DNA of 64,000 bases from Nannocystales bacterium (GCA_050633305.1 JBOEGF010000018.1:320001-384000), one strand, 5' to 3'; counted from the stretch's first letter, positions 38,705-48,771 are shown. The notes: generated by a model from the sequence alone, not told the origin. Numbers and translations are program-made.

Positions 38705-41230
38705 ATGCGGAACGCTTGGCCTTACATGGTGATCTTGGCGCTCTCGGGCGCAACGGCGTGCACCGATTCGGGCGATGGAAACAGCTCCTCGGACACCGAT
38801 TCGAACAGCGACTCGTCCCCGACGAACACCGAGGGTACGGATACCGAGGACACCGACACCGAGGGCACGGACACCGACGGAACGGACACCGACGACCCGA
38901 GCGGAGGCGGCGAGGTCACCGAGTGCGGGACGATGCTCGAGCCGCCGACCAACGGCACCTGCTCGGTCAACGGAGGCGGAGGCGGGGGCATCGTTCTGCG
39001 CGGGAACATCTTGGCTCCCGAGGACACGCTTCGCGGAGGGGAGGTCTTCGTCGACGCGAGTGGACGCATCGCATGCGTGGACTGCGATTGCAGCGGAACG
39101 CCCGGCTATGACGCTGCGGCGGTGGCTACGTGCGCCGACGCTGTGATCAGCCCGGGACTGATCAACCCGCATGAGCACCTCGGATTTGCGGCGAACCGTC
39201 CGATTGGCGATGGACCGCAGCGCTACGACCACCGTCACGAGTGGCGGACGGGCGCGGGCGGGAATATCGAGCTTTCCGTCGACGGGGGTGCCTCCCAGGA
39301 AGAGGTCCTCGCCGCGGAGCTCCGCTATCTGATGAGCGGCGTCACCTCGATCGCAGGTGCGGGCGGAGAGTCGGGCTTGATTCGGAACCTAGACATCTCG
39401 CCGTTGCTCGAGGGGCTTCCGGTCGCGGCGGTGAACACCGACACGTTCCCGCTCGATGACGCGAACGGAACGATGATCGAGCAGGGGTGCAACTACGGCA
39501 ACGGAGCGACGACGGCGTCTCAGATCGCTGGCGAGTCAGCCTACCTGCCGCACATCGCCGAGGGCATCAACCAGGCCGCGCGCAACGAGTTGACGTGCAC
39601 CAGCATGGGCAACCTCGACTTGGTCGCTCGGCAAACGGCGGTTGTGCACGCGGTGGGCGTGGGCGCGGCCGAGGCCCAACTGCTGGGAGACGACTTCACA
39701 CGCGTGGTGTGGTCGCCGCGCTCCAACGTCGTGCTGTATGGCAACACCGCTCCGGTCACGCTGCTCGACCGCATGGGCGTCGCGCTTTCGTTGGGGACCG
39801 ACTGGGTCGCCTCCGGTTCGATGAACATGCTGCGCGAGCTCCGGTGCGCGGATGAGCTCAACGACAACTACTACGACGGCTACTTCTCGGACGCGGACCT
39901 GTGGAAGATGGTCACGACCAACGGGGCCCTGGCCACGGGCACCCACGAGGCGATCGGGATGCTGAAGCCCGGGTACGTCGCCGACATCGCTGTGTACGCG
40001 ACGGGCGACCGCGTGGACCATCAGGCGGTCGTGGAAGCCGAGTTGCCCGATGTCGTGCTCGTGATGCGGGGCGGAGATGCTCTGTACGGCGACGACGCTG
40101 TCATGGCATCGGCCGGCGTGGGGAAGGGGAACTGCGAGGCCTTGGACGTCTGCGGTACCGCCAAGCGGGCCTGTGTGGCCGACGATGCGGGCCCTTCGCT
40201 TCAAGCGGTGCAAGGTGCCATCGAGAGCACGTACCCGTTGTTCTACTGCGACGTTCCGCAGAACGAGCCTTCGTGCGTTCCCACGCGGCCCGAGTACGCG
40301 GGCATTCAAGACGGTGACGCGGATGGTGACGGCGTCGGGAACGAGACCGACAACTGCCCGAGCATCTTCAACCCGGTCCGGCCGCTTGAGCAGGCTCAAG
40401 CCGACGCCGACCAAGACGGAACGGGTGACGTCTGCGACGTGTGCCCGCTCGATGGCGGGGACGCGTGCGCGGGCCTCGAGGGCGCCGACCTCGACGCGGA
40501 TGGGGTGCTCAACGGAGACGACAACTGCCCGCTGCAGCCCAACGCCGATCAGGCGGATGCCGACGAGGATGGCAAGGGAGATGTCTGCGATTCGTGTGGT
40601 GAGTCCAACCCCGGCGCGTCGGGTTGCTCCGCGACGATCGCCGCCATCCGGAATCCCGACCACCCGGCTCACCCCAACGAAGGCACGCCAGTCACCGTGA
40701 GCGGGGTCTACGTCACAGCCGTTCGCGACGACGGTTCTGGCTTCGTGATCCAGGACGACTCCCTTGAGCCTTGGACGGGAATCACCGCCTTCGGTTCCTC
40801 GGCCGGGCTTCAGGTCGGCGACCGGGTCACCGTTTCAGGAACCTACGCGGAGTTCTTCGACCTCAGCCAGATCGAAGACGCCGCAGCGACCGTCGAAGCC
40901 TCTGGCGCTTTGCCGTTCGACGCGGTCGCCTTCGACGTCGCGGACCTCGTCTCGGGGCCGGATGCCGAGTCCTACGAGTCCATGCTCGTGAGCATCGGCG
41001 GCGTTTCGATCACCACGATGAACCCCGACGACCCCGAAGACTTCGACGAATTCGAGGTCTCTGGCGGCTACCGGGTCGATGACCAGCTCTTTGGTGCGCT
41101 GGACAACGTATGCGCCGACGGCGAGACGTTCGACGGAATCATTGGGGTGCAGACCTACAGCTTCGGCAACTACAAGCTGCTGCCACGCGACGCGAGCGAC
41201 TTCGACAACGCATCGTGCACGCCCTTCTGA
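38705..41230 (+). CDS. Amidohydrolase-family lipoprotein with thrombospondin type-3 repeats and OB-fold-like C-terminus
   Basis: Lipobox ATAC; PGLINPHEH, PHIAEG, VVHA, LGTD; repeated DxDxDGxxxxxDNCP; GFVIQD..VGDRVTVSG..EFF. Confidence 0.85.
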   Translation: MRNAWPYMVILALSGATACTDSGDGNSSSDTDSNSDSSPTNTEGTDTEDTDTEGTDTDGTDTDDPSGGGEVTECGTMLEPPTNGTCSVNGGGGGGIVLRGNILAPEDTLRGGEVFVDASGRIACVDCDCSGTPGYDAAAVATCADAVISPGLINPHEHLGFAANRPIGDGPQRYDHRHEWRTGAGGNIELSVDGGASQEEVLAAELRYLMSGVTSIAGAGGESGLIRNLDISPLLEGLPVAAVNTDTFPLDDANGTMIEQGCNYGNGATTASQIAGESAYLPHIAEGINQAARNELTCTSMGNLDLVARQTAVVHAVGVGAAEAQLLGDDFTRVVWSPRSNVVLYGNTAPVTLLDRMGVALSLGTDWVASGSMNMLRELRCADELNDNYYDGYFSDADLWKMVTTNGALATGTHEAIGMLKPGYVADIAVYATGDRVDHQAVVEAELPDVVLVMRGGDALYGDDAVMASAGVGKGNCEALDVCGTAKRACVADDAGPSLQAVQGAIESTYPLFYCDVPQNEPSCVPTRPEYAGIQDGDADGDGVGNETDNCPSIFNPVRPLEQAQADADQDGTGDVCDVCPLDGGDACAGLEGADLDADGVLNGDDNCPLQPNADQADADEDGKGDVCDSCGESNPGASGCSATIAAIRNPDHPAHPNEGTPVTVSGVYVTAVRDDGSGFVIQDDSLEPWTGITAFGSSAGLQVGDRVTVSGTYAEFFDLSQIEDAAATVEASGALPFDAVAFDVADLVSGPDAESYESMLVSIGGVSITTMNPDDPEDFDEFEVSGGYRVDDQLFGALDNVCADGETFDGIIGVQTYSFGNYKLLPRDASDFDNASCTPF

Positions 41231-41297
41231 GCGGCTGACCCCGGGGGCCGGGTCCCGTCTTTTGACGTGCGCCCGGACCCTGTGGCACACCGGGCCC

Positions 41298-41795
41298 GTG
41301 GCCAACAACCTTGCCCGGGAGGCCGTCGATTTCGGCTTTCGCACCGCCTACAAAACGGCGCACCGGATGCTCCGTGCCTACTGGGGGATTCGCAACCCGC
41401 AGACCCACGGGGCCCTGATCGCCGCCTGGTACGACGGCCAGATCTTGCTGGTGAAGAACTCGTATCGGGCCGAGTACACGTTGCCCGGTGGCTACGTACG
41501 CGCCGGCGAAACGCCGGAACAAGGCGCGGCTCGGGAGCTTCGCGAGGAGGTCGGCGTCGACGTTTCGCCCGCTGACCTGAGTCTCGCCTACGAAGACACC
41601 AAGCCCTACGAGAACCGTCGCGACCACGTGACCATCTGCGAGGTCAAGCTCGAGCGGCCGATCGAGCTCGCGGTCGACAACCGCGAGGTCGTTTGGGCGG
41701 GATTCCGACGCCGCGATGAGGTGCTCTCGCTGCCGATCGTTCCGCACCTGCGCGAGTACCTGACCGCATCCCAAGAGCGCACCGGCGACAATTGA
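41298..41795 (+). CDS. NUDIX hydrolase
   Basis: Nudix box LPGGYVRAGETPEQGAARELREEVG. Confidence 0.92.
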   Translation: MANNLAREAVDFGFRTAYKTAHRMLRAYWGIRNPQTHGALIAAWYDGQILLVKNSYRAEYTLPGGYVRAGETPEQGAARELREEVGVDVSPADLSLAYEDTKPYENRRDHVTICEVKLERPIELAVDNREVVWAGFRRRDEVLSLPIVPHLREYLTASQERTGDN

Positions 41796-42118
41796 AAGAA
41801 CCTGAGCTCGAGCGGGGTGGAGACCCGACCGAGCCCAGGCTCTTTCCTGGGCGGAGGCTTCGCGCTGGGCGAAGCCTCGGTCTTTCAAGTTAAGCTATCG
41901 GCGTAAGGCTAAGGCAAGCGGAGAAAAGCTAAGTCGCGCGGTCGTTCAAGCTAAGCGTCAGATTCAAGGACAAGTCAGGCTAGGTTCGAACTCGGTCGGG
42001 AAGAGTTAAGTCGGCCGGGTTCGATCGAGGCTAAGGTCAGGTCAAGGTCCGCGGAGAGGTCGTTTTTCAAGGTAAGCCAAGGAGTAAGCAGGTAGGCCAG
42101 GCGAACTCTTGCGGATAC
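41795..42118 (-). ncRNA. Candidate sigma-54-dependent repeat-rich sRNA
   Basis: Consensus -24/-12 promoter upstream; 19 CUU motifs; 3' hairpins; no credible ORF; both ends estimated. Confidence 0.6.
41833..41878. terminator. Tandem GC-rich hairpins (terminator or RNA 3' domain)
   Basis: gcccagg/cctgggc (41833-41852) and gaggcttcgc/gcgaagcctc (41854-41878). Confidence 0.65.
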
Positions 42119-42128
42119 CAAGACTGTC

Positions 42129-42145
42129 TGCAGACGGTGTGCCAA
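42129..42145 (-). promoter_or_regulatory. Sigma-54 promoter
   Basis: Minus strand TTGGCACACCGTCTGCA, GG-N10-GC. Confidence 0.7.
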
Positions 42146-42355
42146 ACCGTCAGCAATACAGAATCGTTGAGAAAAACCGTCAAACGAGTCCGAGTGCCCC
42201 GATCCGCGCACCCGGGGCCATGACGCAAATGCCCGAACTGGCGCCGATCGGGTTGTCAGGCCTGACATCGATGTCGTGCGGACTCGCGGACAGGCCGCCG
42301 CGGGATCCCTGTGGCCCGCTCAAGTCCACCTCGGGGTCGCCGATGGCCTGAAGCG

Positions 42356-42832
42356 ATGCCTTCTCAGGATCCCGAACGCCGCCGCGCACCCCGATACAAC
42401 GTGACGTTCTCGATGGTGTGTGACTCCGGCGATGCCTTCGGCAGCGCGGTCGTCGTCAACCTCAGTGACTCCGGCGCCCTCGTGCAGACCGAAGATGACT
42501 ACGCTGAGGGGGACAAGCTGTCGTTGGTTCCCGTGGGGGAGGCGGGGGACATCCTGTTCGACCTACCGGCCACGGTTGTCCGCATCCTCGATGACCCCGG
42601 TCCGGGCCGCATCAAGCGCTACGGCGTACGGTTTTCGGGACTGACACTTCCACGGATTCGCGCGCTTCGGACGTTGTGCGCGGCGATGCCTCCGACGCCG
42701 GACGAGCTTCCGGAGTCGGAGGCGCCGCAGGGCGGTCCCGCGCGTAGCGGCAGCGAGCCCCATTTTCGAATTCGAACGCGGGTCGGGGGGAGTCCGGGGA
42801 CGCCTCGGTGGGCGAGGCGACCCTTCGGATAG
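42356..42832 (+). CDS. PilZ domain protein
   Basis: ERRRAPR (RxxxR) and NLSDSG (D/NxSxxG) motifs. Confidence 0.88.
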   Translation: MPSQDPERRRAPRYNVTFSMVCDSGDAFGSAVVVNLSDSGALVQTEDDYAEGDKLSLVPVGEAGDILFDLPATVVRILDDPGPGRIKRYGVRFSGLTLPRIRALRTLCAAMPPTPDELPESEAPQGGPARSGSEPHFRIRTRVGGSPGTPRWARRPFG

Positions 42833-42840
42833 CCGCCCTC

Positions 42841-43506
42841 TCAGACCAGGAGTTTGGACCCGGTGTTCTCGACGTCTTCAGCGCTCAGGCCATCGGGCTT
42901 GGGCGGGACATTGCGTCCGGCTTGGACGGCGGGCCTCGCTTCGATGGTCTTCAGCCACCGCGACAGGTGCGGGAGACCGTCGATGTCGACGCCCGACCAG
43001 CGGTAGGTCGTGGCCCAACACCAGTTTGCGATATCGGCGATCGAGTAAGCGCCGGCGAGATACTCCGACTCGCCGAGTCGTGTGTTGAGAACCTCGAGGA
43101 GTCGCCGCGTCTCTCGCTGGTACCGCTCGGTTGCGTAGGGGATTCGCTCCGGTGCGTAGCGGTGGAACACGTTGGCTTGGCCCATCATCGGGCCGAGTCC
43201 CCCGACCTGAAACATGAGCCATTGCAACGCGACCGAACGGCCAGCGGAGCCCTCGGGGAGGAGCCGGCCGGTGCGCTCTGCGAGGTGGATGAGGATGGCA
43301 CCCGACTCGAAGATCACGAGGTCGTTGGCGTCGTGGTCGACCAGCACCGGGATGCGGCCGTTGGGGTTGAGCGCGAGGAAGGCGGGGTGCTTTTGCTCTT
43401 TGCTCTCGAGGTCGACGGGGTAAACCTCGTACCGCAGACCGAGCTCTTCGAGCGCGATGCTGGCCTTGAAGCCGTTGGGAGTGCGAGCGGTATAGAGCGT
43501 GAGCAT
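42841..43506 (-). CDS. Glutathione S-transferase family protein (YfcG-like)
   Basis: [29 protein letters not shown]. Confidence 0.93.
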   Translation of the reverse strand: MLTLYTARTPNGFKASIALEELGLRYEVYPVDLESKEQKHPAFLALNPNGRIPVLVDHDANDLVIFESGAILIHLAERTGRLLPEGSAGRSVALQWLMFQVGGLGPMMGQANVFHRYAPERIPYATERYQRETRRLLEVLNTRLGESEYLAGAYSIADIANWCWATTYRWSGVDIDGLPHLSRWLKTIEARPAVQAGRNVPPKPDGLSAEDVENTGSKLLV

Positions 43507-43510
43507 GGCG

Positions 43511-44260
43511 TCACAGCACGAACGGGACGATGGCCCGCCGATTGGGGGGCAGGTTCGGGAAGGTGCGCCGATACCATAGGTGATGGGAGACCGCTCGGGG
43601 GAGCAACAGTGCGACCGCGAGCGTGGCTGTGGCGAGTCCAGGCTTGGACCAGGTCAGGATCGCCCATCCAACCCACATCAGCATCTCTCCGAGATAGTTC
43701 GGGCAGGACACCTCTTCGAAGAAAATCCCCCGAGGGAGCATGTGTCCGACGTCGCCGCGGCGCCGCAGGTTGATGAGCGAGAGGTCGGCCGCGCGGGAGA
43801 CGAACATCCCGGCGACAAACAACATGGCGCCGTAGAGGAAACGAATGCTCCACAGCCAGCGCAACGGATACGCGCGCCAGGTCTCCGCGATGACCAGCCC
43901 GTTGAGGTGAGCGAGCGCGGCTGTGAATAGGGCGCCCAGGACCACGACAGTCCAGGGCATACGCTTGCGATGGGTGCCGCGGATGAGCGCGGGATACAGC
44001 ACGCCTCGCCAGCCGTACGCGAGCATCCACAGCGCCAACATGATCAGCGGGACCACCCCACCGCCCCCGCCGTCGTAGACGGTCCACGGACAGAGGACCA
44101 AGCCGGGGACGGCGATCAAGACCCAGGCGAGCCGGATCGGAACGCCGCTGGCGTCGGGGGAGGCGTGGCGGCCATATCGGAGTGGGGCTCGTCCGGTGAT
44201 CACGAACAACACCCCGGATGCGGCGAAGAGGGTTCCGAGCATCAGCGTGGTGGGGGTCAT
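43511..44260 (-). CDS. 3-oxo-5-alpha-steroid 4-dehydrogenase (steroid 5-alpha-reductase)-like protein
   Basis: [46 protein letters not shown]. Confidence 0.85.
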   Translation of the reverse strand: MTPTTLMLGTLFAASGVLFVITGRAPLRYGRHASPDASGVPIRLAWVLIAVPGLVLCPWTVYDGGGGGVVPLIMLALWMLAYGWRGVLYPALIRGTHRKRMPWTVVVLGALFTAALAHLNGLVIAETWRAYPLRWLWSIRFLYGAMLFVAGMFVSRAADLSLINLRRRGDVGHMLPRGIFFEEVSCPNYLGEMLMWVGWAILTWSKPGLATATLAVALLLPRAVSHHLWYRRTFPNLPPNRRAIVPFVL

Positions 44261-45111
44261 ACGAGCTCCGTCCCGCATACGCGGCAGAAGTTGGCGTCGT
44301 CGGCGTGCCCCGCAGCGTTGCACTCCTGGCATGTGACGGGCTCGTTCACGGGCCCTACGTTCATCGCCTGGACATACTCGGCAGAGACGATTCCCGTAGG
44401 CACTGCGAGGATGCCGTACCCGAGCAGCATGAGAATCGCCGCGACGGCTTGGCCTGGGACGGTGCTCGGCGCAATGTCCCCGTAGCCGACCGTGGTCATC
44501 GTGACGATCGCCCAGTACATGCCGCGAGGGATGCTGCTGAATCCGTTCTCCGCACCCTCGATGAGGTGCATCGTGGCGCCCATCACGACCACGATGGTGA
44601 GCACCGCGCCCATGAACACGGTGATCTTCGCCGCGCTGGACTTGAGGGCATTGAGCAGCTGGTTCGCCTCGCCCAGCATGCGCATGACCTTGAGGACCCG
44701 GAAGACCCGAAGCAGTCGAAGCACTCGGATGACAAGCAGGGAGTGCGCACCGGTGACGACGATCCCGATGAACGACGGGAGGATCGAGAGCAGGTCGACG
44801 ATGCCGAAGAACGACACGACGTAGCGGAGCCGGTGCCGGGCGACCCAGAGGCGAATCGAGTACTCGGCGAGGAACAGCACGGTGAAGACCCAATCCAGCA
44901 CCCGAAGCGCGGTGCCGAACCGAGCCGAGAACGCCTCGACACTTTCGAGCATCACGGCGAGGACGCTGGCGAGGATCAAGATCAACAAGCCCACGTCGAA
45001 CGCGCGCCCGGCCGGGGTCGCGGTACCGAAGATGATCCGTCCCAGACGCTGGCGTGCCCCGTGGCGGTCGCCAGCGGCCATCTCCTCCGCCGGGGGTGAG
45101 GTCTCGCTCAT
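44257..45111 (-). CDS. Voltage-gated potassium channel (ion transporter)
   Basis: S4 RVLRLLRVFRVLK; selectivity filter TTVGYGD; C-terminal CxxC..CxxC. Confidence 0.93.
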   Translation of the reverse strand: MSETSPPAEEMAAGDRHGARQRLGRIIFGTATPAGRAFDVGLLILILASVLAVMLESVEAFSARFGTALRVLDWVFTVLFLAEYSIRLWVARHRLRYVVSFFGIVDLLSILPSFIGIVVTGAHSLLVIRVLRLLRVFRVLKVMRMLGEANQLLNALKSSAAKITVFMGAVLTIVVVMGATMHLIEGAENGFSSIPRGMYWAIVTMTTVGYGDIAPSTVPGQAVAAILMLLGYGILAVPTGIVSAEYVQAMNVGPVNEPVTCQECNAAGHADDANFCRVCGTELV

Positions 45112-45215
45112 GCGTGCCGGAGTGTAGCGAACACCACCGTAGACAGAACCATGACGTACGAGGACGGGAGTGTGACCACACCTAGCGGGCCGCAGCGGCA
45201 CACTGCTTGTCGACG

Positions 45216-46142
45216 ATGAGCGTTTTTGACGTCCCACAAGAGCAGCCGCGCGCACCCGGGAAGCTGGCGCGGTCTCTGCGCGACTACCAGCTGAAGGACG
45301 TGGGTCCGTTTGCGATCATCCACGTTCTGGGCATCGCTGGTGTGTTCATGGGCGCCAGCTGGAAGGTCTGGACGCTCTGCTTCGCGCTCTACGTTGTGCG
45401 CATGTTCGGCGTGACCGGGTTCTATCACCGCTACTTCGCGCACCGCACGTTCAAGACCAGCCGATGGTTCCAGTTCGTCGCGGCGTTTGTGGCTCAGTCC
45501 GCGGCGCAACGCGGAGCGCTGTGGTGGGCGGCGCATCACCGCGACCACCACAAGTTCTCCGACACCGAGAAAGACCTCCACTCGCCGCGGCAACACGGCT
45601 TTTGGTACTCGCACGTCGGCTGGATCTACGACCACAACGATGTGAGCAAGTACGCCCGCATCAAGGACTTCTCGCGCTACCCGGAGCTGGTCATGCTCGA
45701 CAAGTACTGGCTCGCTCCGGCGATCTTCCTCGCAGTGCTCTGTCTCGCTTTTGCGGGGCTCTCAGGCCTGCTCGTCGGGTTCATGTTCAGCACGGTCTTG
45801 CTCTGGCACGGGACGTTCACGATCAACTCGCTTTCCCACGTCTGGGGGTCCCGCCCCTACGAGACCGCCGATGACAGCCGGAACAACTGGTTCCTCGCGA
45901 TCATCACCATGGGCGAGGGGTGGCACAACAACCACCACCACTACATGAACTCGACCCGGCAGGGCTTCCACTGGTGGCAGTACGACATCACCTACTACGG
46001 CCTGAAGGTGCTGAGCTGGGTGGGGTTGATCTGGGACATCAAGGAGCCACCGGCCCACATCGTTGCAGGGGTCAAGCGAACGAGAAACGCGAAGCCCTCC
46101 GCCGCTCCTTCGGCCAAGGGTAGCGCGAGCCCCTCGACCTGA
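45216..46142 (+). CDS. Delta-9 acyl-CoA desaturase
   Basis: His boxes HRYFAH, HRDHH and HNNHH. Confidence 0.93.
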   Translation: MSVFDVPQEQPRAPGKLARSLRDYQLKDVGPFAIIHVLGIAGVFMGASWKVWTLCFALYVVRMFGVTGFYHRYFAHRTFKTSRWFQFVAAFVAQSAAQRGALWWAAHHRDHHKFSDTEKDLHSPRQHGFWYSHVGWIYDHNDVSKYARIKDFSRYPELVMLDKYWLAPAIFLAVLCLAFAGLSGLLVGFMFSTVLLWHGTFTINSLSHVWGSRPYETADDSRNNWFLAIITMGEGWHNNHHHYMNSTRQGFHWWQYDITYYGLKVLSWVGLIWDIKEPPAHIVAGVKRTRNAKPSAAPSAKGSASPST

Positions 46143-46174
46143 GCCGGCGGTAGGCCGGACCCGAGCCTCCGAGC

Positions 46175-46603
46175 TCAGCCCCGACGCGGTCGCTTCGCCC
46201 TCTTGGCGGTGGCCGCGTCGATCATTGGTTCGAGGTGCGGCACGACCAGGGCTTCGTAGCGAGACCACGCGCCTTCCACCAGAGCCCAGTGGGCGATCAA
46301 CGCCTCGAAGCCCGTGGAGCTTCGGTAGGTCTGCGTGTTCTTTTTGCCGCGGATGCTTGTCGTTTTCGCGTTGCGGCCTCGACGGACCACGGAACGCTCG
46401 TCTTCGGTGAGCTCGGGCTCAATGATGTCGAGCAGGGCCGACTGCGCTTCGGCGCGGACGACGTCGGCTTTGATGGAGTCGAGTCGGTCGACCGGGTGAT
46501 CGCCCCGAGCGCACACTCGCCACCGGACGTCCCGCTCGAAGGCTGCATCGCCCAGCCATGCGAGCGTGCGGACCGAGCGTTGCAGCAGGGCTTGGTCCGA
46601 CAC
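46175..46603 (-). CDS. mrnC: Mini-ribonuclease III
   Basis: 142 aa, RNase III domain only: LAWLGDAAFE, VRAEAQS, RRGRNAK, YRSSTGFEAL. Confidence 0.82.
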   Translation of the reverse strand: MSDQALLQRSVRTLAWLGDAAFERDVRWRVCARGDHPVDRLDSIKADVVRAEAQSALLDIIEPELTEDERSVVRRGRNAKTTSIRGKKNTQTYRSSTGFEALIAHWALVEGAWSRYEALVVPHLEPMIDAATAKRAKRPRRG

Positions 46604-47404
46604 TCAGCGCCCCTTGAACTCGGGTGCGCGCTTGCCCAGGATCGCGGCGACCGCTTCCTGGTGGTCGTCGGTGTTCTGCACCATGCCTTGGTAACTGGCG
46701 GCCAACTCGAGCGCGGTGTCCAAGTCTGTATCCCAGCTGCGGTAGGCGGCGCGCTTGGTCAGCGATACGGCCAACGGAGCGTTCTGAGCGATGAGCATCG
46801 CACGGGCCCGAGCGGCCTCGAGCAGCTCCTCCCGGGGGACAACAGCGTGTACGAGCCCCATCTGCAGGGCCTCGTCGGTCTGGACGAGGCGGCCGGTGAG
46901 GACCATGTCGAGCGCGCGAGGGAAGCCGATCGTTCGCGCGAGGAAGTACGCTCCGCCGTCACCGGGAACGAGTCCAACCTTCACGAAGGTCGAGCCCAGC
47001 TTTGCACCTTCGGCGGCGATTCGGATGTCGCACATGCACGTGAGGTCCAAGCCCGCGCCAATCGCAGCGCCGTTGATCGCAGCGATGAGTGGTTTGTCGA
47101 ACTGAGCGATGCGGCGAGGGATGGTCTGAATGCCGTCGATGTACTGGCGCCTCAGCGTGACAGGGCCGCCCGCAAACATCCCGCTGGAGCTCTGCATTCG
47201 TTTCAGGTCTCCACCGGCGTGAAACGACTTGCCCTCGCCGGTGAGGATGACGGCGCGGACACTCTCGTCTGCCTCGGCAGCGTCCAGTGCGGCAATGAGG
47301 CTCCGCACCATCTCTTCGCTGTACGCGTTGCGAGCTTCGGGGCGATCGAGGGTGATCGTGGCCAGCGGGGCGCTGACCTCGTAGCGCAGGTCGGTGAACG
47401 ACAT
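46604..47404 (-). CDS. Enoyl-CoA hydratase/isomerase
   Basis: TLDRPEARNA, FHAGGDL, KPLIAAINGAAIGAGL, KRAPEFKGR. Confidence 0.93.
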   Translation of the reverse strand: MSFTDLRYEVSAPLATITLDRPEARNAYSEEMVRSLIAALDAAEADESVRAVILTGEGKSFHAGGDLKRMQSSSGMFAGGPVTLRRQYIDGIQTIPRRIAQFDKPLIAAINGAAIGAGLDLTCMCDIRIAAEGAKLGSTFVKVGLVPGDGGAYFLARTIGFPRALDMVLTGRLVQTDEALQMGLVHAVVPREELLEAARARAMLIAQNAPLAVSLTKRAAYRSWDTDLDTALELAASYQGMVQNTDDHQEAVAAILGKRAPEFKGR

Positions 47405-47592
47405 GCCCCGGACTCTCCCCGAACCGCGCGGGCGTGTCGAGGAGGATTCGCGCACGCTGCGAGACAGAGCGTATGAACGTTCGCAGGGAGGTCCCCCGAG
47501 GACGAAGGCGGCGCTTCGAAGAACACGCGCGCGCATGTTGTTCGCTGTGCCCTCGTCGGTGGCGCGGGTCTGGGTTTCCCGCGCCTCGTGGA

Positions 47593-48771
47593 TCAAGCGC
47601 CGAGCTGTTCGGTGAACGTCGCGACACCAGCTCCGGCGGGCACCGAGATCCCCTGGGCCTTGAACGCTGCCTCCATCGCGGCGAGGAGGACCACGATGTG
47701 TCGGGGTTGGCACGACGCGCCCATGAGGCCGACACGCCACACCTTGCCTGCGAGCGGTCCAAGCCCGCCGACGATCTCGACACCGTGCTGCTGCATGAGG
47801 TAGGCGCGCACCTTGGCCTCGTGCACCCCGTCGGGGACACACACCGTTGTGAGGGTGGGAAGTCGGTGCTCAGCCGGAACAAGCAGGGACATGCCCATGG
47901 CCTCGAATCCCGCCCACATCGCTTCTGCGGTTTTCTGTACTCGTGCGGTCCGGTTGGCGAGGCCCTCTTCGTCGATGATGCGCAACCCCTCATACAGCGC
48001 GTACGACAGGTTGATCGGTCCGGTGTGGTGGTACTTGGGAGGCGCGTCCCAATAGGTCAGGTTGAGGAGGACGTCGAGGTACCAGCTTCGGCAGGACGAT
48101 CCCCGGTTGCGGATCCTGTCCATCGCTCGGTCGCTGAAGGTGATCGGCGAGATACCTGGGACCGCACTGATGCATTTTTGTGCTCCCGTGTAGACGATAT
48201 CTGCGCCCCAGTCGTCGGTCGCGAACTCCACGCCGCCCAGCGAGGCGACGGTGTCCACCAGCAGCAGTGCACCATGGTCGTGGGCCAGCTTGGCGATCTC
48301 GGGAATGTCTTGCCGAACGCCGGTGGACGTCTCGCCGTGGATGATGCCCACGACCTTGATGTCCTTCTCGTGCTCGAGCGCCGCCTTGACGTCGTCGGCG
48401 TTCGTCGGTGTCCCCCAGGGGGACTCCACGACCACGACGTCAGCACCCGCGCGCTCCATGATCTGACGCAGGCGGTCACCGAAATAGCCATGTACGCAGA
48501 CTAGGGCTTTCTGCCCCGGCTCGAGTGCGTTGAAGACCGCAGACTCCATCGCGGCTGTGCCGGCTCCTGTGATGGCGAGCGTCGCGTCGTTCTTGGTGTC
48601 GAAGACCATGCGCAGCAGACCGCGCAACTGCTGCATGAGCGCGACGTAGCTGGGGTCCATGTAGCCGACGGTCGGGCGAGCGAGCGCGGAGAGGACGCGG
48701 GCGGGGACTTCGCTGGGGCCGGGGCCGAGGAGGATGCGCGTGGGGGGGTCGAAGACGAACGGCTCGCTCAT
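47593..48771 (-). CDS. Alanine-glyoxylate/serine-pyruvate aminotransferase (class V PLP)
   Basis: [28 protein letters not shown]. Confidence 0.93.
   Translation of the reverse strand: MSEPFVFDPPTRILLGPGPSEVPARVLSALARPTVGYMDPSYVALMQQLRGLLRMVFDTKNDATLAITGAGTAAMESAVFNALEPGQKALVCVHGYFGDRLRQIMERAGADVVVVESPWGTPTNADDVKAALEHEKDIKVVGIIHGETSTGVRQDIPEIAKLAHDHGALLLVDTVASLGGVEFATDDWGADIVYTGAQKCISAVPGISPITFSDRAMDRIRNRGSSCRSWYLDVLLNLTYWDAPPKYHHTGPINLSYALYEGLRIIDEEGLANRTARVQKTAEAMWAGFEAMGMSLLVPAEHRLPTLTTVCVPDGVHEAKVRAYLMQQHGVEIVGGLGPLAGKVWRVGLMGASCQPRHIVVLLAAMEAAFKAQGISVPAGAGVATFTEQLGA

Noticed and set aside
41884..42090. CRISPR array or CsrB-type GGA sponge
   Set aside because: Repeats are only 12 nt and degenerate, and no cas genes are present. 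The few GGA motifs are on the + strand, opposite to the promoter, and not evidently in hairpin loops.
41975..42268. 97-aa minus-strand ORF
   Set aside because: Atypical codon usage, spans the sigma-54 promoter, no recognisable motif.
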